Below, one piece after another: positions 57,267 through 64,000 of a DNA stretch of 64,000 bases. A program made the translations under genes and the position numbers. Each line of letters opens with the position of its first letter. Within the stretch, counting starts at the first letter, position 1. The notes under the pieces were generated by a model. That model was not told the origin of the DNA and did not search any database. It saw only the letters and a program-made list of their open reading frames with translations. Origin of the DNA: an uncultured archaeon (GTDB lineage Archaea > Thermoplasmatota > Thermoplasmata > Thermoplasmatales > Thermoplasmataceae); the NCBI GenBank assembly GCA_000965745.1, contig CP009479.1, forward strand, positions 608,001 to 672,000, given 5' to 3'.

Positions 57267-59725
57267 CAGTTTGCCCCTCCTGTGAGTTTCTTGTATTCAT
57301 CAGTATCCTTGACCATCTCCCAAAGCTTTTCAGGCTTTATTGGAAGCTCGCTTATCTTAACGCCAAATGGCTTAAGTGCATCTTCAACTGCTCCTGCTAT
57401 GGCCCCCAGGGATGTTATTGCCCCTCCCTCGCCTACGGCTTTAGTTCCGAATACGGTGTTTGGTGCCGGGGACTCCATTTCATCAAGCTTTATCTCAGGA
57501 GACTCCATTGCAGTTGGCTTCATGTATTCTGCGAATGTAAGCGACAGGTTATTGCCCTGTTCGTCGAAGAGAAACTCTTCATAGAGTGCACCACCTATTC
57601 CGCTTACGGTTGAACCTATGGCCATGCCGTCCACGATTCCGGGGTTTATGACTTTGCCTGCGTCATGAACTATGGAGTAATCGAGAATCTTCACGTTCCA
57701 GTTCTCGGGTGAAACTTCTACAAGGCATATGTGGGTCGAATTTGAGTGTGTCAGCTGAACGTTAAAATCATCTCTGTGGAATGGCTTGGCAGTCTTGTTC
57801 ACGTAAGATGCCGTTATCTTAAGTCCAGGGTCCTGATCCTTGGGGAATGAGAGCAATCTGCCGTAGGAGATCTTTGCGAGTTCCTTGACACCAACCAGCT
57901 TCTCTGAATCCGATTTCCTGAAAACATGTCCTTCTGCTATATCCAGGTCTTCCACATTCTCCTTCTTTAGCGATGCTGCAATCGCAAGGATCTTCTCCTT
58001 CAGCAGTGTGGCCGCCTTCATCACTGCTCCAAGGTAAACATCATTGAACGCGTTTGAGTAGGTCCCTGCGTATGTCAGATGCCCATGCACGGAGTCATAC
58101 CAGCCATCTACAATGATGTCCTCAGGCTCAAGGCCAAACACATCTGATACTACCTGCGCAATGGTGGTTACATGTCCTGTTCCAATCTCAGGGCCGTTCA
58201 TGTTAACCTTCACGGTTCCGTCGGCTACCATTTCAACTGTTGCCATCTGGCCAGCACCGTTGTAGTCAGGGTCTCCCTCCTTTGAAAGGAAGTAATATCC
58301 AAGGTTGGAAGTACCGGGTTCTATGCCGCAGGCGATTCCAATTCCCACGTATCTGCCTTCTTTCCTGAGCTTTTCCTGCAGCTTCAGCTTTTCATGGTAT
58401 TCTGAAAAGTTGAGCGCTCTTCTGAAATTCTCGGGATAGTTTCCGCTCTCGTATACTTCACCTGAAAATGTGGTATATGGCATTTTCTCGGCAGGAACAA
58501 AATTCTTCTCCCTGATAATTGTCCTGTCGATGCCAAGGGCGTCCGCACTCTTGTCCATCATTCTTTCAAGGGCGAAGGACATGAATGGCTTCCCGACTCC
58601 TCTGTCCTGAACTATAGGTGGATCATTGGTGGCGACAGAATGGTACGAGTAGTCGAGGTTTCTTATTTCGTAAACGCCACACATGTTTGCAAACTTGATC
58701 AGCGAATAAAGAGCAGCAACATATGGCCAGTTTCCATCTGCCTGCCAGTCTGTAAGGCGTGCTCCGAGTATCTTTCCGTCTTTTCTGAGGGCAAATTCAG
58801 CATCCATAAACCCTCTCGGCCTGTGGAATGCGTACAGGCTTTCTGTCCTGGTCTGAACCCACTTTACGGGTTTGCCCGTCAGCTTGCTAAGGAGCGAGAC
58901 CAGTGCAACGTACTGCCAGATAGCGAGCTTGTTGCCAAATCCTCCTCCCACCTGCGGCACTATCAGCCTGATCTTCGACTGCGGAATCTTGATCGTGCTT
59001 TCTATGGACCCTACCGTTCTTCCAGGCTGCTGATCGCTCGCATAGGCGAGAAGCTCGTCTCTAGTCTGGTCATAAAACGCGCTGGTCACAAAGGTCTCAA
59101 GCGGTGTTGATGCGTACCTGTGGATCCGTATCCTGTCCTTAACTATCTTATCTGCCTCCTTGAAAGCCTTTTCCGTATCCCCGAACTTGAAGTGATCTTC
59201 TATGAGCTGGTTGGTCCCTATCTCAGGATAGATGAGCTCAGATTCTTTTTTCATGGCATCTTCTATTGTAGCTACCACAGGAAGCGGGTCATATTCAACA
59301 TCAATGAGGTCGATCGCGTCCGCTGCAATGTACTTCGTCTTGGCTACAACGGCAACAACAGGCTCTCCCATGTACCTTACTTTGTCCACTGCGAGTATGT
59401 AGTGTGATGTTGGTGATTTCGTTGCAGCTCTTGACTTCATAGGGTTTGTGATCTTTTTCACTTCTTCCCCTGTCAGAACATATATCACGCCGGGTAGCTC
59501 AAGAGCCTTGGAAATGTCGATGTTTTTTATCTTTGCATGCGCAAACGGGCTGAAATGGAAAGCAGCGTAATGCTGGTCGGCGAACTCAATATCGTCAGCA
59601 TACCCTCCTTTTCCTCTAATAATTTTCAGGTCCTCAATGCGCGGAACAGCTTTTCCTACACTGCCTGACTTTTTGCCATCTTCTGAATAAACGAGAGTCT
59701 GGGCAGACGAATTTGAACCTTGCAT
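57266..59725 (-). CDS. Mo-hydroxylase large molybdopterin subunit (xanthine dehydrogenase/CoxL superfamily)
   Basis: RIED, GGGFGNK, QDRGVGK active-site loop, DAGKVINP, KAVGEGG. Start approximate. Confidence 0.92.
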   Translation of the reverse strand: MQGSNSSAQTLVYSEDGKKSGSVGKAVPRIEDLKIIRGKGGYADDIEFADQHYAAFHFSPFAHAKIKNIDISKALELPGVIYVLTGEEVKKITNPMKSRAATKSPTSHYILAVDKVRYMGEPVVAVVAKTKYIAADAIDLIDVEYDPLPVVATIEDAMKKESELIYPEIGTNQLIEDHFKFGDTEKAFKEADKIVKDRIRIHRYASTPLETFVTSAFYDQTRDELLAYASDQQPGRTVGSIESTIKIPQSKIRLIVPQVGGGFGNKLAIWQYVALVSLLSKLTGKPVKWVQTRTESLYAFHRPRGFMDAEFALRKDGKILGARLTDWQADGNWPYVAALYSLIKFANMCGVYEIRNLDYSYHSVATNDPPIVQDRGVGKPFMSFALERMMDKSADALGIDRTIIREKNFVPAEKMPYTTFSGEVYESGNYPENFRRALNFSEYHEKLKLQEKLRKEGRYVGIGIACGIEPGTSNLGYYFLSKEGDPDYNGAGQMATVEMVADGTVKVNMNGPEIGTGHVTTIAQVVSDVFGLEPEDIIVDGWYDSVHGHLTYAGTYSNAFNDVYLGAVMKAATLLKEKILAIAASLKKENVEDLDIAEGHVFRKSDSEKLVGVKELAKISYGRLLSFPKDQDPGLKITASYVNKTAKPFHRDDFNVQLTHSNSTHICLVEVSPENWNVKILDYSIVHDAGKVINPGIVDGMAIGSTVSGIGGALYEEFLFDEQGNNLSLTFAEYMKPTAMESPEIKLDEMESPAPNTVFGTKAVGEGGAITSLGAIAGAVEDALKPFGVKISELPIKPEKLWEMVKDTDEYKKLTGGAN

Positions 59726-60002
59726 ATTGGCTGAAGGTAACACCCCTAATCTTTAAAATCTTTCGATGTAAGCGATTACGGAATCAGTATTAAAACGCGT
59801 CTGTGTCACAATTTCATAGATGCTATAACTGACCCTATCGTGCTACGAACTGACATTCGGGGCAGGATGTATATCGATTACAGAATTCGAATTTTACATA
59901 AGAATGGGTGAATACATAAGGCATTGTTTAAATAATTGTTTGTGAGAATGAATATTTTCTAGAACAAATGAATAAATACTGTCAATCTTTGACTCATGCT
60001 AG

Positions 60003-61304
60003 ATGGAGACAGACATTTCCTATACAAAGGCTGAGAAAAGCAAGACTTATGTCGGGGCAACACTGGGTTATCTGTTTGATGGGTACAACCTACTTCTTAC
60101 CACTTTTCTGGTTGTAACTCTAGCAACATATTTCGGTGTGACCCCTAAGGCGATAGTCTTTGCAATAACCCTCGCCCTTGTCGGATCCGTCATCGGAGGA
60201 ATTTTTTTCGGATGGCTGGCAGACAGAATAGGGCGGAGGACTACACTGCTCGTAACGATAGTTCTCTTCGGAATAGCTACAATCATTACCGGAACAAGTC
60301 GGACCCTCGACGAGTTCTATCTGCTCCAGTTCATAGCTGGAATCGGAGTAGGGGGAGAATGGGGCGTCGGCTTCTCGATGCTGAACGAAGCCTGGGGGAC
60401 AAAGTCGAGAGGTCTTGCGGGAGGTTTCCTGCAGGCAATGTTCCCTGCCGGCGGTCTGCTAGGGGCTGTCACAGCAGGAGTCATGCTGGGAGCCTATGGA
60501 GGAGATCTTGGTTGGAGATATTCCTATTATTTCGTGGGTATACTCTCCTTGGTTTTACTGGCCTTCAGGTTCTTCGTCCCGGAATCAAAAGTATGGAAGG
60601 CACAGGTTAAGGCCAAATTGGAAGGAAAGAACGCGAATGAGCTTTTGATGAAATCTCCACTTTCAGAGATATTCTCGAAGGAAACACTTAGATGGACCAT
60701 TTTCGGAACTCTGATGGTGTTCGGTTTCATGTTCTTCTTTTACTCCGGTCAGGTATTCTACCCCACGTTTTTCAAAACTGTTGGCCAGGTTCCGGATGTG
60801 AGCGTGACCCTGATTGTTACAATCGGGTCAGTTCTGGGAATCATTGCAGAAGTTGTCATCGGTGGAAGCAACGACCTCCTTGGAAGGAAAAAATCGGGGA
60901 TCATATTTGGTGTGATCTCGATTATTGTTGTCTTCCCATTCCTGTATACAGCAATGAACCCGACCATTTTCAGCGGAATAGGGTCTTACCCCTCATTCTA
61001 CACATACGGTCTTCTGTACTTCTTCCAGGCAAGCTATGCTGCACTGTTTGGTGTATGGCTAGGTGAGCATTATCCAACGAGGATGCGTGCAACGGGCTCA
61101 AACTTCTGCTATATGGTCGGAAGAGGTTTCGGCGGCGGTCTTGCACCTATCATAGTACCCATACTCGCGGTCAGCGTGGGAGGTCTTGGAGTGAGCATGT
61201 CCATAGGAATGATAATTGGTGCTGTAGTGATGACCATTGGTGCCCTTGGCCTCAAGGAAACAAAGGGCGTGAAGATAACAGAAGTCGACGCGGCCAGCGC
61301 ATAA
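60003..61304 (+). CDS. MFS transporter (paralogue of 41855-43159)
   Basis: ADRIGRR, GVGGEW, YPTRMRATG.NF.YMVGRG. Confidence 0.9.
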   Translation: METDISYTKAEKSKTYVGATLGYLFDGYNLLLTTFLVVTLATYFGVTPKAIVFAITLALVGSVIGGIFFGWLADRIGRRTTLLVTIVLFGIATIITGTSRTLDEFYLLQFIAGIGVGGEWGVGFSMLNEAWGTKSRGLAGGFLQAMFPAGGLLGAVTAGVMLGAYGGDLGWRYSYYFVGILSLVLLAFRFFVPESKVWKAQVKAKLEGKNANELLMKSPLSEIFSKETLRWTIFGTLMVFGFMFFFYSGQVFYPTFFKTVGQVPDVSVTLIVTIGSVLGIIAEVVIGGSNDLLGRKKSGIIFGVISIIVVFPFLYTAMNPTIFSGIGSYPSFYTYGLLYFFQASYAALFGVWLGEHYPTRMRATGSNFCYMVGRGFGGGLAPIIVPILAVSVGGLGVSMSIGMIIGAVVMTIGALGLKETKGVKITEVDAASA

Positions 61305-61416
61305 GAATCATTTACTAACCAACAAATTTTTTTCCCTCTCATTATATTGAAATAAGCTTTTGAGGAATACGCGCTAAAAAACTAATTATCTGTTAGTATT
61401 TTCAGATCGGTTTCTG

Positions 61417-62880
61417 ATGGTGCAATGGGCAGATTTAAGGGAATGGATAGAACTCGCTGACAAACTTGGTGAACTTAAGGTTCTGAAGGGAGTGGACCCA
61501 AAACTGGAATTGTCTGCAATAGCTCAGATCAACGCAAGGAACCAGGGGCCAGCTCTCCTTTTCGACGATGTTAAAGGATATGAAAACACAGGATTCAGGG
61601 TGCTTAGTAACTCAGTATCAAACCTCAATCTTTTCAATCTTACTTTCGGAGGCAAAACCGGCCTCTCTCTAAAAGAGACTATAGAGGGCCTGATGGGGAA
61701 ACCGAATGAGTGGCAGCTCAATAGCAAGGATTATCAGGTCAAGTATGTAGAAAATGGTCCGGTAATGGAGAATGTTGAGGAAGGAGAGGGTGTTGATCTC
61801 ACTAAATTTCCTACCCCAATTTGGCATGACAAGGACGGGGGGCCATTTATTGGCACTGGTGTCGCTGTGATAACCAGGGACCCTGAGACAGGGGTAATAA
61901 ATTCCGGGTCATACAGGGCGCAGTTGCATGAAAAAAACATTGTCGGCATAAACGCAGAAAGAGGAAAACACGGAGCTTTCCACAGGGACAAATACTACAG
62001 CAGGGATGAGCCAATGCCCGTTGTCATGGTTTTCGGCCCGGATCCTCTGATGTACATTCTGGCAGGAAGTGAAATTCCAACAGGGATATCGGAGCTCGAG
62101 TATCAGGGAGCCGTCCAGGGCAAGAGTATTACAGCGGTGAAAGGAAAGTATACTAGGCTACCCATACCATCAAATGCTGAAATTGTGATAGAAGGTTTCA
62201 CTTACCCCGGAAAAACGAAACTGGAAGGGCCGCACGGTGAATGGACTGGATATTACGCCAGTGATGCCAAAGAGAAACCGTACGTCGAGGTAAAGGCTGT
62301 TTATTACAGAAACAACCCTATAATCCTTGGGGCAGCAATGTCAAAGGGAAGCTACAATGATCACGCTTTCTGGAGAAGCATCATGAGGTCTGCGCTGGTG
62401 TATGATGAGATGGTGAAAAACGGAATCCAGGGGATAAAGGGGGTGTACTCGCCTCCTTTTGGAGTTGGCAGGCAATTTATCACCGTATCAATCAAGCAGT
62501 CCTATCCGGGCCACGCTACAGAAGCAGGATATCTCGCCTCACAGACAAGGAGTGCCGCCTATATGGGCAAATGGGTCGTGGTTGTTGACGATGACGTGAA
62601 TCCGTACGATATGGACGATGTCCTATGGGCCATGTGCAGCAGGGCTGACCCATCCGAAACAGGCATAATCAGAAAGGCTTGGGCGAGCGGCGTTGATCCT
62701 CTGAGGCCAAAGGATGTCCCCGCATCCAAACACACAAATTCCAGGGGAATAATATTCGCGGTTGTTCCCTATGAAAGGATGGACAACTTCTCTGAAACCT
62801 GCATTGCATCTGATGACACAAGGAGGGAAACCTTCGAAAAGTGGTCAGAAGAACTGAATGGCAGATGGGACAAATATTGA
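61417..62880 (+). CDS. UbiD family (de)carboxylase, canonical motif
   Basis: DGGPFIGT, NSGSYR, EGPHGEWTGYY. Confidence 0.92.
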   Translation: MVQWADLREWIELADKLGELKVLKGVDPKLELSAIAQINARNQGPALLFDDVKGYENTGFRVLSNSVSNLNLFNLTFGGKTGLSLKETIEGLMGKPNEWQLNSKDYQVKYVENGPVMENVEEGEGVDLTKFPTPIWHDKDGGPFIGTGVAVITRDPETGVINSGSYRAQLHEKNIVGINAERGKHGAFHRDKYYSRDEPMPVVMVFGPDPLMYILAGSEIPTGISELEYQGAVQGKSITAVKGKYTRLPIPSNAEIVIEGFTYPGKTKLEGPHGEWTGYYASDAKEKPYVEVKAVYYRNNPIILGAAMSKGSYNDHAFWRSIMRSALVYDEMVKNGIQGIKGVYSPPFGVGRQFITVSIKQSYPGHATEAGYLASQTRSAAYMGKWVVVVDDDVNPYDMDDVLWAMCSRADPSETGIIRKAWASGVDPLRPKDVPASKHTNSRGIIFAVVPYERMDNFSETCIASDDTRRETFEKWSEELNGRWDKY

Positions 62881-62895
62881 TTCCTTCAGGGAAGA

Positions 62896-64000
62896 TTACC
62901 TTCTTCTCTTTCCCCGGAATAGCAACAATCCGCCAGCTGCCCCTGCTATTGCCACAGAAGCTCCGACTGCGAGAATCTCCTCATGAAGAACTGATACGCT
63001 GTGGTAATCAACTTTTATCGAAGTATTTCCCCTGACTTCCATGCTGCCGGTCAATGATCCATAATATCCGGGTTCAGGCGAAGCGGAGTAATTTATTTCT
63101 GCATTACCTAGGTCGAAGCTGATCGTCCCTGTATTCGAGTATCTGGTCACTCCATTTACTGTAACGTGCCATAATGTCCCTATCGGAAGCCCGTTTTCTG
63201 TGAAGGCAATATCATTGCCCTCAACAGGGTAAATGAATGACAGGCTGTTTGAACCATGGTTTCCAACCGCCAGGACTCCGTTCGAACTGTCGTAAGACAG
63301 TGCATATGGCTGGGAACCGACCTGGAGGTTCTGAACAACTTTGTTTGAGGAGGCGTCAATTACTGAAACATTGGAAGAATCAGTATTTGCAACAAATATA
63401 TTTCCTGTTCCATTAGCAACTTCTATCCCTGAGGGGGAGTAGCCGACATTGATTTTCCCGGTAAATGCCTGGGTGGTCCCATCAATCACATCAACTTGGT
63501 TCAACCCCTGGTTGGTCACGTAAACATTGTTTCCATGCGGGCTTACAGCAATATCATATGGTGATCCGCCTATGGTTATGTTTTTCACAAATTGACCGGT
63601 TCCCGGGCTGAATACCGATACAATGCCCCCCAGGGGGTATGAAATGTAGATGTATCCGTTGTGCGTGTCGAATGCGATTCCGAAGGGTCCAAACCTGAGC
63701 GGAAGCCTGTAGGAAACATTGAATGTTGTGAGGTTAACGGCCACAAGGCTCTTAGGCCCCTGCACTGTTACGAACATTGTGTCGTTAAGAGGGCAGTAAG
63801 CCATATATTGGGGATAAGAACCTACAGACACATTTCGGGTAACACCAGTAGTCAAATTCCATTCTGTAAGGTTATTGCTTCCGGGGAGAAGGTAAAGGTT
63901 CCTGTTGTTTGGGCCAAAACTGAGTGAAGAGGTAAAACTTCCGGGGGAAGAATGCACGCCAGTAACAAATGAACTCTCGTTCACGGAGTAGATGCTGTTA
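62896..64000 (-). CDS. YVTN/YncE beta-propeller surface protein with thermopsin-like C-terminal domain and TM anchor (5' end beyond window)
   Basis: VGxxP...YVTN repeats, FTENGLPIGTLWHVTVNG, C-terminal TM + RGKRRR. Frame is open to the window edge. Confidence 0.85.
   Translation of the reverse strand, partial: NSIYSVNESSFVTGVHSSPGSFTSSLSFGPNNRNLYLLPGSNNLTEWNLTTGVTRNVSVGSYPQYMAYCPLNDTMFVTVQGPKSLVAVNLTTFNVSYRLPLRFGPFGIAFDTHNGYIYISYPLGGIVSVFSPGTGQFVKNITIGGSPYDIAVSPHGNNVYVTNQGLNQVDVIDGTTQAFTGKINVGYSPSGIEVANGTGNIFVANTDSSNVSVIDASSNKVVQNLQVGSQPYALSYDSSNGVLAVGNHGSNSLSFIYPVEGNDIAFTENGLPIGTLWHVTVNGVTRYSNTGTISFDLGNAEINYSASPEPGYYGSLTGSMEVRGNTSIKVDYHSVSVLHEEILAVGASVAIAGAAGGLLLFRGKRRR

Noticed and set aside
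55923-59725. Aerobic CO dehydrogenase
   Set aside because: Lacks the AYxCSFR Mo-Cu loop, and the context is aromatic catabolism.

Overview
Archaeal DNA, most likely Thermoplasmatales (GGTGA Shine-Dalgarno sites, Orc1/Cdc6, a thermopsin-type 'FTENGLP..W.VTVNG' surface domain). The window has four parts. (1) 1-15.8 kb is the right part of an integrated plasmid-like element: ParA plus a small partner, HNH nuclease, serine resolvase with a three-subsite res, Orc1/Cdc6 with a candidate origin, an N6-MTase / XRE-peptidase / PIN / PLD-SNF2 defence operon, and a TIR-Zn-ribbon gene. (2) 15.8-24.3 kb holds four direct copies of a 38-bp site ending in what looks like the 3' end of tRNA-Ala (TCAAATCCCGACCGGTCCA). 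Each copy lies just after a + strand stop codon, and together they delimit integrase-free modules of about 1-5.5 kb (type IV TA, RelBE, Fic/CARF/redox). This integron-like, tRNA-anchored cassette array is the most striking observation. (3) 24.3-35 kb carries pseudogenes and housekeeping-type genes (SDR + QueA-like, gcvT, pdxT, glpD). (4) 35-63 kb is a ~28-kb (hetero)aromatic catabolic island: four UbiD paralogues (two lack the canonical Arg/Glu catalytic pair), UbiX, a candidate prFMN maturase, a Mo-hydroxylase, HpaB/HpaC-type monooxygenase, amidohydrolases and three MFS transporters. Three ~270-bp IS200/IS605-derived mini-elements, each preceded by TTTAA and keeping an omegaRNA-like right end, are scattered through the window. 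All family calls come from motif recognition by eye; no database searches were run.
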